NCBI GenBank assembly: GCA_044344255.1
Contig: JBIJDH010000028.1
Coordinates: 13,423 to 77,422, forward strand
Source of the DNA: Myxococcota bacterium
GTDB lineage: Bacteria; Myxococcota_A; UBA796; UBA2385
Length of the DNA: 64,000 nucleotides
Reading direction: 5' to 3'
The notes under the pieces are model-generated. The model ran no database searches. It saw only the letters and a list, made by a program, of their open reading frames with translations, and was not told the DNA's origin. Positions within the stretch are counted from its first letter, which is position 1. Every line of letters begins with the position of its first letter. Below are positions 48,076 to 57,669 of this stretch, piece after piece. The position numbers were made by a program, and so were the translations under genes.

Positions 48076-50061
48076 ATGTTCGGCTCGCTGCGCGACAAGG
48101 CCCCGCTGCTGCTGCTCCTGCTCGGGCCCCTCCTCCTGTTCCCGGGCGCCCTGCCCGGCCCGCGGGTGGTGAGCGCCGACGACCACCTCTCGGTGCACGT
48201 GGCCTACCAAGAGGCGGCCGGCGGGCGCGTCCGCCACCCCCACCTCTCCGACCCCGCCCTGCAATTCGAGCCCCTCCGCCGGGTGGTGCAACGCTCGCTG
48301 CGCCGCGGCGAGGCCCCCCTCTGGAACCCCGACCTCTACGGCGGGGCCCCGCTGCTCGCCGACGCGCAGTCGATGCCGGCCTCGCCCGTCACGCTCGCCC
48401 ACCTCGCCTTCGAGGAGGACACGGCCCAGGACGTGGGCGTCGCCTGGGTGCTGCTCTTCACGGGCCTCGGGGCCGCGCTCCTCTGCCGCCGGCTCGGGGT
48501 GGGGCCCGGCGCCGCCGCCCTCGCCGGCCTCGCGGCGATGACCGGCCCCTTCCCGATGGTCTGGCTGCTCCACCCCCAGGCCGCCACCTTCGCCTGGGCG
48601 CCCTGGCTGCTGCTGGCGATCGAGGCGGCGAGCCCGGTGGGCGCGGCGCTCTCCACCTTCGGACTGCTCACGGGCGGCCACCCGGGCACCGCCGCCCACG
48701 TGCTCGGCCTCGGGGCCGGCTGGTGGGCCCTCCGATCCCGCCGCGGCGCGCCCCTGATCGGGCTCCTCGTCGGGGCCCTGCTGAGCGCGCCCCTCACCGC
48801 CCCCTTCCTGAGCGAGGCGCTGCGCTCCTCCACCGCCGCCGAGCGCGGCGGCAACCAGCTCGAGCCCCGCCAGCTCCTCGACCTGCTCTGGCCCGGCTGG
48901 CTCGGCCACCCCGCCCGCGACGACTGGGCGGGCCCGGGCTCCTGGGCCGATGGGCAGCTCCATCCGGGGCTCGGCGCCCTCGCGCTCGCCCTCTTCGGGG
49001 GGCGGCGCGCCCTCGGGCTCTGGCTCGGCTGGGCCCTGCTGGTCCTCTTCGCCCTGACCGGCCTCCCCGGACCGATCAACCACGCCCGGCTCGGCGGAGA
49101 GGCCGCGCTCCTGCTCGCCCTCGCCGCAGGGCTCGGCGCCGACCGGCTCCCCCAGAAGGCCCTGCCGGTCGTGTTATTCGGCCTGCTGGCCACCGGGGTC
49201 TGGGCGCGGCGGGACGACCAGGGCAGCCTGCCGCCGGAGGCCCACGCCCCCGCGCCCGCCGCCTGGACCGCGCGCCTCGGGGCCGCGGTGGGGGCCGACG
49301 GGCCCGACGCTGGGCGCGTGATCGGCCTCGGCTGGATGTTGCAGCCGAACACCGGCAGCCTCGTCGGCCTGCGCGACCTCCGCGGTTACGACCTGCCCGT
49401 CTCGGTCGAGACCCACCGCCTGATGACCGCGCTCAACCCGCGCCCCCGCGGGCCCTGGTACCCCATCGACACGCTGCCCCCGCGGCCCTTGCTCGACTTC
49501 GCGGCGGTGCGGGCGGTGATATCGGAGGCGCCCCTCGAGGGGCTCGAGCCCATCGAGGTCGGCCCCGCGCCCGTCGCCGTCTCCGCGCTCGACCCTGACG
49601 CCCCGCGGGCCTGGCTGGCGCCGTCCACCCGCGCCGTAACGAGCGCCGAGGCCGCGCTAGCCGCCATCTCCGCCGATCCCGAGGCCCGGGCCCACCCTCC
49701 CGTGGAGGGCCTCCCCGCGCGCGGCGGAGAGGGCCCGTTCCTCCCCCTCTCGCTCCGCGAGGAGGGCGACGCCCGGCTCACCCTCACGCTCCCCGAGCAC
49801 GCGCCCGGCCTCATCGTCGTGGCCGACGCCTGGGCCCCCGGCTGGCGGGCCCGGGTCGATGGGGCCCCCGCCGCCGTCCTGCGCGTCGGCGGAGCCTTCC
49901 GCGGGGTGTGGGCGGGGGCCGAGGCGAAGGAGATCGAGCTCTACTACCGGCCTGACGCCTGGATCCTCGGCTGCCGGCTCGGCGCCCTCGGCGCGCTCGG
50001 CCTCCTCGCCCTCCTCGCGGCCCGGCTGCGCAGGGCGCTCAGTGGTCGGCGAGCACCTTGA
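48076..50061 (+). CDS. YfhO-like membrane glycosyltransferase (GT-C)
   Basis: PLWNP..YGG.PLLAD, many TM helices, PRAW, PGWRARVDG...FRGV. Confidence 0.8.
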   Translation: MFGSLRDKAPLLLLLLGPLLLFPGALPGPRVVSADDHLSVHVAYQEAAGGRVRHPHLSDPALQFEPLRRVVQRSLRRGEAPLWNPDLYGGAPLLADAQSMPASPVTLAHLAFEEDTAQDVGVAWVLLFTGLGAALLCRRLGVGPGAAALAGLAAMTGPFPMVWLLHPQAATFAWAPWLLLAIEAASPVGAALSTFGLLTGGHPGTAAHVLGLGAGWWALRSRRGAPLIGLLVGALLSAPLTAPFLSEALRSSTAAERGGNQLEPRQLLDLLWPGWLGHPARDDWAGPGSWADGQLHPGLGALALALFGGRRALGLWLGWALLVLFALTGLPGPINHARLGGEAALLLALAAGLGADRLPQKALPVVLFGLLATGVWARRDDQGSLPPEAHAPAPAAWTARLGAAVGADGPDAGRVIGLGWMLQPNTGSLVGLRDLRGYDLPVSVETHRLMTALNPRPRGPWYPIDTLPPRPLLDFAAVRAVISEAPLEGLEPIEVGPAPVAVSALDPDAPRAWLAPSTRAVTSAEAALAAISADPEARAHPPVEGLPARGGEGPFLPLSLREEGDARLTLTLPEHAPGLIVVADAWAPGWRARVDGAPAAVLRVGGAFRGVWAGAEAKEIELYYRPDAWILGCRLGALGALGLLALLAARLRRALSGRRAP

Positions 50062-51460
50062 TCGGCGTGCACATCCGCTGGATGAAGCCCATCTCCGGAA
50101 GGAGCTCGTCGCTCGTCCACTGCATCGCTTCGGCCACCTCCGAGACAGAGGGCACGAGGTTCATCGGAGACAGTCGGCGGTCGAGCGTGAAGTACAGGTT
50201 CGCATACGGGATGTTGGCCTTCACGTTCGGGCGAACGACCTGCTGGATCGGATAAAAGATGAGGCTCGTCGGCTTCGGCGTGAAGCAGTCCATCGCCAAC
50301 AGGAAGAGGTTCCGGCGCCCGAGCCGGCCGCGCATCACCTCGGCGAAGGCGGGCCGGGCGGGCACGTTGTTGACGAGGCCCCCCTCGGTGAGGCGGGTGA
50401 TGCCGTGGGCGGAGTAGAGCTGGTCGAGGAGGCGCTTCGTGCGCTTGTCGTCGCGCACCACGTCGTAGTGGATGACGCCGGGCACGGCCGAGGAGAAGCC
50501 GGCGGCGTCGAGCACGTCGGCGTCCATCGTGAGCTCATCGGCGCCGAACACCACCTCGCGGAGGGCGTCGGGATCGGCGGTGAGCTCGCGGACGACCGAG
50601 AGCATCAGGCCCACCCGCTTGAGCATCGAGACGCGGGCGATGGCGCCGGGCCGCACGAGATCGTCGAGGTAGTGCTCGTAGTAGGTGAGGTCGTGCTTGA
50701 GCGCGTCGAGGGTGATGCCGGTGGTCACGATCAGGAGGGGGATCGGCATGTCGCGGAAGGTGGCGGCGCGGCCATCTGGCGTGTGAAAGAGCTCGCCCAG
50801 GGCCGCGCGGAGGTAGAGCCGCAGCGTGGCGGGGATGCCGTACCGACTGTCCATCTCGAGCACCCGAAAGACCACATTCCAGCTCAGGCGCTGGGCGGCG
50901 GCCACGAGGGTCCCGCCGTCAAAGTCTATCGACTTCGCGCGGAACATGCTCATCAAGGAGCCGATCGAGGTGCCGGCGAGCAGGCGCGGCTGGAGCCCGT
51001 AGTGGTGCAACAGACGGAAGGCCCCCGCGTAGCCATAGCCGCTGCCGCCCCCGCCGCCGGCCACCACCACGAGGGGGCGGGTGGTCACCTCCTCCTCGAG
51101 GCTGTCCCGGTCGAGGGGGAAGTGCTCGAGCACGCGGTGGCGGAGGGCGCGGGTGGCGGCCACCAGGGCCGGGAGCCCACGGATGGCGCCCCAGAGCGTG
51201 GTGTCGACCCCGTCGAGGTGCGGCCGCAGCGCCTCCATCACCCGCCAGCGGTGCGGGGCGAGCATGTCGCTCAGATCGGAGTCCACACCATCACAGCCTC
51301 GCACCAGGGTCAGGCGGGCGAAGCTCAGGACGTAGCGGAGTCCGTCGACCAGCTCCGGCGCCAGCTCGCCGGGGCGGGCGAGGTTCAGCCGGACGACCCG
51401 GGCCTCCAGGTCATCGACGGGCTTTCGGAGCTCGAGCAGGCGGGCGGGGTCCACGTTCAC
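50039..51460 (-). CDS. patatin-like phospholipase family protein
   Basis: GGGGGSG oxyanion loop, GTSIG nucleophile, SSAVPG, EGG..NNVP; start (GTG 51460) uncertain. Confidence 0.82.
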   Translation of the reverse strand: MNVDPARLLELRKPVDDLEARVVRLNLARPGELAPELVDGLRYVLSFARLTLVRGCDGVDSDLSDMLAPHRWRVMEALRPHLDGVDTTLWGAIRGLPALVAATRALRHRVLEHFPLDRDSLEEEVTTRPLVVVAGGGGGSGYGYAGAFRLLHHYGLQPRLLAGTSIGSLMSMFRAKSIDFDGGTLVAAAQRLSWNVVFRVLEMDSRYGIPATLRLYLRAALGELFHTPDGRAATFRDMPIPLLIVTTGITLDALKHDLTYYEHYLDDLVRPGAIARVSMLKRVGLMLSVVRELTADPDALREVVFGADELTMDADVLDAAGFSSAVPGVIHYDVVRDDKRTKRLLDQLYSAHGITRLTEGGLVNNVPARPAFAEVMRGRLGRRNLFLLAMDCFTPKPTSLIFYPIQQVVRPNVKANIPYANLYFTLDRRLSPMNLVPSVSEVAEAMQWTSDELLPEMGFIQRMCTPIKVLADH

Positions 51461-51760
51461 CTTGGCCCCGGTCGGGGGCCTCGCACTATAGCTGCGGCCC
51501 TCGCCGGCCCACGGTCGCCCGCACCCCGGCCCCGGCCTTCCTGACAATCCTTGGACATCGAAGTCCCAGGGGCGACGAGGCGGGGCGAAGACGCGGGGTG
51601 ACGAAGGGGGGGGGTGACAGGTGTCCAATCCGCCCTGCCCAATCTTCGGACACTCACCACCCTTCCGACACCGAGAACCGGCCTCCCTCCGTGGGCACGC
51701 CGGGTGCACAGGGGGCCCCCGCCGCGCCCCTTCCACCCCTCCGGGCGCGCCGGAGTGACC

Positions 51761-52963
51761 ATGTCCGCCTCTCCCCTCCCCTCGGCCCTCACCGCCCTCC
51801 TCTCGTGGGTCCTCGTCGCGACCAGCCTCGCCTGCGCCGACCCCGCCCGCCCGGCGCTCGCCCGGCCGCCCCTCGCCAGAGAGCTCGCGCTGGCCCCGCC
51901 CCCCGGGGAGCCCGCGACCGTCTCGGCGCCCGAGCCCGCCCTCTCTACCGCCCCCTGCGAGGCCCCCACGGCGGTCGCGCGCGACCTCGATGATCGGCTG
52001 CTCATCGGCTGCGCAGAGGGGGGCGGCCTCTGGATCGCCGCCCGCGCCGCGGCGCCCGACCGACGGCGCCCCTGGCGGCGCCTCATCGACAGCCACGCGC
52101 TCGATGTACAGGCGATGGCCGAGGGGCCGGAGGGCGTGCTGGTCACCGGCCGCGACTGGGACGGGGGGGCCCTCGCCTGGCGGGTGCTGCCCACCGCGAC
52201 CGTGGTAGCGCGCGCCCTCGTCCACCTCGACGACCTCGCCGCGCTGGACGGGACCGACGGGATCGACCACCGAAGCAGCGGCCGCGCCATCGCCGGCGAC
52301 GGCGCGCGCCTCCTGCTCAGCTTCGAGGGGGGCACGCGCCTCGCCCTCTCCGAGGATGACGGCGCGACCTGGAGCCTGACCGAGGCGCCCGCGCCCGACG
52401 AGGAGCAGGACGAGCACAACGCGCTGATCGCGGTCGCCGAGGGCTTCGTCAGCGCCGGCGCCCCCCGCGGCGGCGAGCCCACCGTCTACCGCCCCCCGGA
52501 AGGCGAGCGCGTGCCCGCCGCGGCCCACACCGTGGTGGCGGCGCTCCAGGGGGAGGTCGCGGCCCTCACCGCCCTCGGCGTGGGAGAGACCCTGCTCGCG
52601 GGCGGAGCGGGGTTCACCGAGGACGGCGACCTCATCGGCTTCCTCGCCCGCTCCACCGACGGCGGTCAGAGCTGGGGGCCCCTCGCCTGGGACCCCGACC
52701 TCCTCCCAGAGGCCATCGGCGCCGACGAGGATGGCCGGCACGTCGTCGTGGTCGGCGCGCGGGCGACCGAGCCCCGGGAGGGCTTCCTGCTCTTGAGCGA
52801 CGACGGCGCGGCGCGCTTCAGCCCCTACTACGAGGGCCTGCCCGCGCTGCACGCGGTGACCGTGGGCGAGGGTCGCTTCGCCGCCGTGGGCGGGGGCGTC
52901 GTGGTGGAGGGGGCGGTCGGGGAGGCGGCCCTCGGGCTCGCCACCCCCGCCCGCCGCCGATAG
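51761..52963 (+). CDS. exported beta-propeller protein with BNR/Asp-box repeats
   Basis: signal ending LAC; Asp-boxes SEDDGATW, STDGGQSW, SDDGAARF. Confidence 0.65.
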   Translation: MSASPLPSALTALLSWVLVATSLACADPARPALARPPLARELALAPPPGEPATVSAPEPALSTAPCEAPTAVARDLDDRLLIGCAEGGGLWIAARAAAPDRRRPWRRLIDSHALDVQAMAEGPEGVLVTGRDWDGGALAWRVLPTATVVARALVHLDDLAALDGTDGIDHRSSGRAIAGDGARLLLSFEGGTRLALSEDDGATWSLTEAPAPDEEQDEHNALIAVAEGFVSAGAPRGGEPTVYRPPEGERVPAAAHTVVAALQGEVAALTALGVGETLLAGGAGFTEDGDLIGFLARSTDGGQSWGPLAWDPDLLPEAIGADEDGRHVVVVGARATEPREGFLLLSDDGAARFSPYYEGLPALHAVTVGEGRFAAVGGGVVVEGAVGEAALGLATPARRR

Positions 52964-52971
52964 AGAGCAAG

Positions 52972-53859
52972 ATGCGTGCGCTCCCGCCCCTGCCCGATCC
53001 CCTCCTCGAAGAGACCCGCCAGAGCTGGAACATCGCCACGGCGGCACACAACGCGCACAAGGCGGGGCAAGGGGAGTGGCTGCGCACCCACAGCACCCTC
53101 TTCCCCGAGGAGGTCGGGCTCCTCGGGGACATCCGAGGCCGTGACCTCCTCCACCTCTGCTGCAACAGCGGCCAGGACACGATCTCCCTCGCGCTCCACC
53201 ACGGGGCGCGCTGCACCGGCGTCGACATGTCCGACGTCGCCGTCGAGGCCGCTCGCGCCCTGTCCGCCACCGCTGGCGCCGGGCTCACCGTCCACCAGGA
53301 CGAGGTGATCCACTTCCTCGAGGAGACCGACCAGCGCTACGACGTCGTCTACGGCAGCTACGGCTTCCTGCCCTGGATCCACGACCTGCCGCGCCTGTTC
53401 CTGGGCGCGCTTCGAGTGCTCCGCCCCGGGGGCCGCCTCGTGGCGCTGGAATTCCACCCGATGGCCTGGTCCTTTGACCCCGACTTCCGCCTGCGCGACC
53501 CCTACTTCGCGCCGGGCCACCTCTTCTCCGAGCCCGTCTCCGACTACGTGGGCGCGGCGGGCGGCGCCCTCTCCCCCTCTGGCCACGTCGAAGGCGCCGC
53601 GGCCTATGACAACCCCCACCGGGCCCACGCGGCCCAGCAGCCGGTGGGCGACATCGTCACCGCCCTGCTCGAGGCCGGCTTCACCCTCGAGGCCCTCCGC
53701 GAGTGGCCCTACGCGAACGGCTGTCGCCTGAACCCCTCCCTCGTCGCCGAGGGGGAGGACGGCTGGGCGGCCCGGCGCTTCGTGCCGCCGCCGGGGGTGC
53801 CCTCGATCCCCCTGATGGTCGGCCTGTCGGCGCGCGCTTCGGGGGGCGGGCGCGGCTGA
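52972..53859 (+). CDS. class I SAM-dependent methyltransferase
   Basis: LLHLCCNSGQDT, GVDMS, YDVVY, LRPGGRL...EFHP. Confidence 0.88.
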   Translation: MRALPPLPDPLLEETRQSWNIATAAHNAHKAGQGEWLRTHSTLFPEEVGLLGDIRGRDLLHLCCNSGQDTISLALHHGARCTGVDMSDVAVEAARALSATAGAGLTVHQDEVIHFLEETDQRYDVVYGSYGFLPWIHDLPRLFLGALRVLRPGGRLVALEFHPMAWSFDPDFRLRDPYFAPGHLFSEPVSDYVGAAGGALSPSGHVEGAAAYDNPHRAHAAQQPVGDIVTALLEAGFTLEALREWPYANGCRLNPSLVAEGEDGWAARRFVPPPGVPSIPLMVGLSARASGGGRG

Positions 53860-53862
53860 GCC

Positions 53863-56370
53863 TCAGGCGGGGGGGACCGGGCCTACAACGGCCGGCGCCC
53901 CCCAGAAGCCCGCCAGCGCCTCGCCCGGACGGTTCGTGCGCTGGGGGTTCCAATCCTCCGGAAAGAAGGCCTGGTACTCGCGCAGCAGGAAGCGGCGGCA
54001 GAGCAGGATGACGGCGCCGCGGTCCTCCGGCGTGCGGATGACCCGCCCCGCCGCCTGCACCACCCGGCTCATCCCGGGCACGATCCAGGCGTAACGCAGG
54101 CCCTCGTCGTACCGCTGCTGGAACCAGCGCTCGAGCAGCCGCCGCTCCAGCGTGGCCGCTGGGAGGGCCGGCCCGACGATGATCGCGGCCAGGAGGGCGT
54201 CTCCGGGGAGGTCCACCCCCTCGGAGAAGAGGCCGCCGAGCACGGCGAAGAGGGCGTGCCCCTCGCCGCGCCCCAGCGTCTCCAGGAGCTCGGCGCGGGC
54301 CGCCTCGCCCATGCTGCGGTCCTGGAGGAGGAGGGGCCGCTCGCCCAGGTCAACGAGGGGGAGGATGGAGTCGAGGAAAGAGAAGCTCGGGAAGAAGACC
54401 GCGGCGTTCCCCGGGACCTGCGCCAGCGACTCCGAGATGAGGGCGGCGGTGGCCTCTCGATCGCGGTCCCGCCGCTTGAGCTCGGTGGAGACGGTGGGCA
54501 CCACCAGCACCCGCCGCCGGGCGGGGTCGAAGGGGGAGGGCATGCGCTCCACCGTCGCCCGGGCCGCGGGGATGCCGAGCATCGCCTGGAAGAAGTCGGG
54601 CGGCTCCAAGGTCGCCGACATCGCCACCGAGGCGAAGAAGCCCTGGTAGAGCGGGCCCAGCAGGCCGGAGGGGTCGCGACAGAGCAGCTTGACGCCGGTG
54701 ATGGTGTCCTGGAGCGGCACGGCGGCGCGGCCGAAGAGCGAGAGCGGCCCCCGGCGCGCGGGGCCCGGCCGGGGCGGGCGCGGGTGCTGGCGCCAGATCA
54801 CCACGGTCTCCTCGCCGGCCCGCTCGACGGCGGCGCGGAGGCGCGAGAGGGCGCGGGCGGCGTCCATCCAGAGGTCGTCGTCCCCCGGCCCGAAGACCGG
54901 CCGGGTGACCTTCTGGAGCGTGTATTCGAGGGCCGCCCCCTCGAAGCGCTGGGAGAGCTCGGCGAGGCCGCGGCGGTCGAGGCCCTCCTCGAGGCTGAAG
55001 GCGGCCTCGCTGTCGCGGGCGTCGGCGGGGATCTGATCGAGGCCGGCGCGCAGCCACTCCGCCGCCTCATCGAGCAGCAGGGCGTGCTCGCGGTAGGCGT
55101 CGGCGTGCCGCGAGTCGCGCAGCGCGTGGGCCCCCTCCTCCACGGCGCCGAGCAGGAGCTCCGGCGAGCCATAGCCGAGGGCGCGGTCGGGGAGGTTGTG
55201 GGCCTCGTCGACGACGACGATCCACTCCGAGGGGTCCTGCGACACGAGGGCGAGGCGGACGCCGGGGTCAAAGAGGTAGTTGTAGTCGCCGATCACGACG
55301 TCGGCCCGCGCGGCGAGGTCGAGGCCGAGGGCGAAGGGGCAGACCACCGCCCGGGCCGCGTGGTCGCTCACCACCTCCACGCTCGGCGCGCCCTCCGCGC
55401 CCTCGCCCCACACGCGGTCGAGGAGCTCGTGCTGGCGCACCTTGTCGTGGTATCCATCCGCGAAGCGGCAGGCCTCGGCCCGGCAGGACACCACCTCGTT
55501 CAGGCAGACCTTCTCACGCGCCCGGATCGAGACGGCGCGGATCGGCATCCCCCGCGCCGCCATCGCCCGCACGGCCTCCTCGGCCATCCGCTGCTGGGTG
55601 GTGCGGGCGGTGGCGAAGAAGACGCGCCGATCAGCGGCCGCGGCGACCTTGAGGGCGGCGTAGAGCACCGCGGCGGTCTTGCCGTAGCCCGTGGGCGCCG
55701 AGAGCAGCACGTGGCGGCCCTGGTGGAGGGTGTCGACCACCCGCAACGCGAGCTCCTCCTGCCCGGGACGCCAGGCGGCGTGGGCGAAGGGCACCACCAC
55801 CGCCCGGCGTCGGGCCAGCCAGGCGAGGCGGTCCTCCCGCCCGTGCAGGATCCAGTCGAGCTGGTCGTGGACGAAGGTGGCGATGTCCGCGGCCGAATCG
55901 ACGGGGAGGGTGCGGCGGCTGCCGTCAAAGAGCGAGACCAGGATCAGGCGCCCCTGGGCCGGCGTGCCCTTCGAGGCGAGGAACCAGAGGTAGAGCTGCA
56001 CCTGGCGCACATAGGCGGGGAAGTCGTCGGCCTCTCGCTCATCGAGGAGCTCGGCCGTGAGCGCGGTGGACTTGACCTCCTCGACGACGAGGGTGTCCCC
56101 CTCCTGCGAGAGGCCGTCGATGCGGCCCGAGATGGTCACCTCCCAGCCGCGCACGACGAGGCGGTGGCGGACGGTCACCTCCCGCTGGAAGCTCTCGTCC
56201 TCCAGGGCGCGGTCGCGCTGGTAGCGGCCGTGCACCTCGACGCCGGCCTTCATCCGCAGCCGGGCCGACCAGGCCACGGCGAGCTGCAGGTTCCCCATCG
56301 GCGGCCCGGCGTCGATGAGGTCGTGGACGCCGAGCTCGAGCTGACGCTCAGCGTCCCGGAAGCGCAGCAT
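53863..56370 (-). CDS. DinG/XPD-family Fe-S helicase with N-terminal PD-(D/E)XK (Cas4-like) nuclease domain
   Basis: GRIDG...EEVKS...Q...Y; APTGYGKT; Cys cluster and CPF; DEAHNL; SATL; EGVDL; QAAGRVIR. Confidence 0.9.
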   Translation of the reverse strand: MLRFRDAERQLELGVHDLIDAGPPMGNLQLAVAWSARLRMKAGVEVHGRYQRDRALEDESFQREVTVRHRLVVRGWEVTISGRIDGLSQEGDTLVVEEVKSTALTAELLDEREADDFPAYVRQVQLYLWFLASKGTPAQGRLILVSLFDGSRRTLPVDSAADIATFVHDQLDWILHGREDRLAWLARRRAVVVPFAHAAWRPGQEELALRVVDTLHQGRHVLLSAPTGYGKTAAVLYAALKVAAAADRRVFFATARTTQQRMAEEAVRAMAARGMPIRAVSIRAREKVCLNEVVSCRAEACRFADGYHDKVRQHELLDRVWGEGAEGAPSVEVVSDHAARAVVCPFALGLDLAARADVVIGDYNYLFDPGVRLALVSQDPSEWIVVVDEAHNLPDRALGYGSPELLLGAVEEGAHALRDSRHADAYREHALLLDEAAEWLRAGLDQIPADARDSEAAFSLEEGLDRRGLAELSQRFEGAALEYTLQKVTRPVFGPGDDDLWMDAARALSRLRAAVERAGEETVVIWRQHPRPPRPGPARRGPLSLFGRAAVPLQDTITGVKLLCRDPSGLLGPLYQGFFASVAMSATLEPPDFFQAMLGIPAARATVERMPSPFDPARRRVLVVPTVSTELKRRDRDREATAALISESLAQVPGNAAVFFPSFSFLDSILPLVDLGERPLLLQDRSMGEAARAELLETLGRGEGHALFAVLGGLFSEGVDLPGDALLAAIIVGPALPAATLERRLLERWFQQRYDEGLRYAWIVPGMSRVVQAAGRVIRTPEDRGAVILLCRRFLLREYQAFFPEDWNPQRTNRPGEALAGFWGAPAVVGPVPPA

Positions 56371-56379
56371 GGGCGACCC

Positions 56380-57507
56380 TCAGCGGCGGGGCTGGGCGGG
56401 GGCGGGCGCCGGGCGAGCGGGGGCCTCGAGCACGGGCTCGGAGCGGACGTAGAGCCCCTGCTCACCGGAGCGGAGGAGCACCGAGGCGCCGGGCGGGAGG
56501 CGGATGGCGTCCTGCCCGCTCTGGATCTCGACCGTGCGGCCGTCGAGGAGGGTGGCCGAGCCGGCCATGGCCTCGCCCGGGCAGACGACGAGGCGGCCGT
56601 CGGGATCGAGGCGCACCCAGCCGCCGATCATCGGCACCCGCTGGCCGGGCACGAGGCTCCCCGCGTTTCGCCACTCGTTCCGCCGACGGACCCAGACCTC
56701 TGCGGGGCGGGCCTCGACCTTCTGGACCCGGGGGGCGGGGGAAGGCGGCGGCGGCGCAGCGGAGGGGAGCGGCGCCGCCGGGGGCTTCGGGGCCTGCTGG
56801 ACCTGCGGGGCCTTCGGCGCGGGCACGGCCGCCAACGGCATCGGGGCGGACGATCGGCGTGGGGCCCCGGTCGCCGGCTGTAAGGCGGGGCTGACCCGCG
56901 GCGCCGAGGGGGTGCTCGCGGGGCTCGGCGCGGCGCGGTGCTTCGCCGGCTCGATCAACGGGGGCTCGGCGGGCCGGGTCACGCCGCGGGAGGAGACGAC
57001 CGAGTGGTCGAGCTCGAGCGACAGCTCCTCGGTCTCGTCCTGCAGCTCGCTCGTGAGGCCCGTCTGCTCCTTCACGAGCGAGGCCTCGATCGCCGGCAGG
57101 GTGAGGTCGTCCCCCGGGGCGCGGCCGCCGCGGGGCCCGAGCGCGAGGTTGGCGGCTCCGCGCGGTGCGCCGGGGCGAGGGTCATCGGTGACCGAGGGCT
57201 CGACCGTGGGCTCAGTCTGCTCGGGGAGGGGCATCGTGAGGTCGTCGTCGCTCATCCGCTGCACGGACTCGAGCGGCACCTCGTCTACCCGCGAGAGGGC
57301 GCCCCGCGCGACGAACGTGCCCACCTCCCGCCCGGTGAGCATGTCGACGACCGCGATCTCCACGGGCTCATCAGCGAGGCTCCAGCTCCCGAGCAGGCGG
57401 TCTCCGCGGCGCACCCGCAGCGCGAGGCGGGGGGTGGCGCCGCCGTCCGAGGCCGGCGCCGCCTGCACGGCACCCTGCCTGACTCCGCCGTTCTGGTCGC
57501 GACGCAT
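56380..57507 (-). CDS. hypothetical protein with a Pro/Ala-rich linker
   Basis: ORF in line with the helicase; beta-rich ends separated by a low-complexity linker; start uncertain. Confidence 0.6.
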   Translation of the reverse strand: MRRDQNGGVRQGAVQAAPASDGGATPRLALRVRRGDRLLGSWSLADEPVEIAVVDMLTGREVGTFVARGALSRVDEVPLESVQRMSDDDLTMPLPEQTEPTVEPSVTDDPRPGAPRGAANLALGPRGGRAPGDDLTLPAIEASLVKEQTGLTSELQDETEELSLELDHSVVSSRGVTRPAEPPLIEPAKHRAAPSPASTPSAPRVSPALQPATGAPRRSSAPMPLAAVPAPKAPQVQQAPKPPAAPLPSAAPPPPSPAPRVQKVEARPAEVWVRRRNEWRNAGSLVPGQRVPMIGGWVRLDPDGRLVVCPGEAMAGSATLLDGRTVEIQSGQDAIRLPPGASVLLRSGEQGLYVRSEPVLEAPARPAPAPAQPRR

Positions 57508-57669
57508 ACGCTTCGTGTCCGCTCTGCTGAGGGGGCGCCGACCCTACCACACACCGTCCCGCAGCGTTCGGCTTTGTCCCGCGGGCCCGCTCGGCCTTTC
57601 ACGCGCTTGTCACGGCGCCCCAGACGCCCGCGAGCGCGGGAGTTAGGGCGGCCGAAACAGGAGCCGCCG

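Noticed and set aside
53863..56370. Cas4-like nuclease plus DinG as a type IV CRISPR component
   Set aside because: No csf/cas genes or array nearby; it fits the stand-alone nuclease-XPD/DinG repair helicase family
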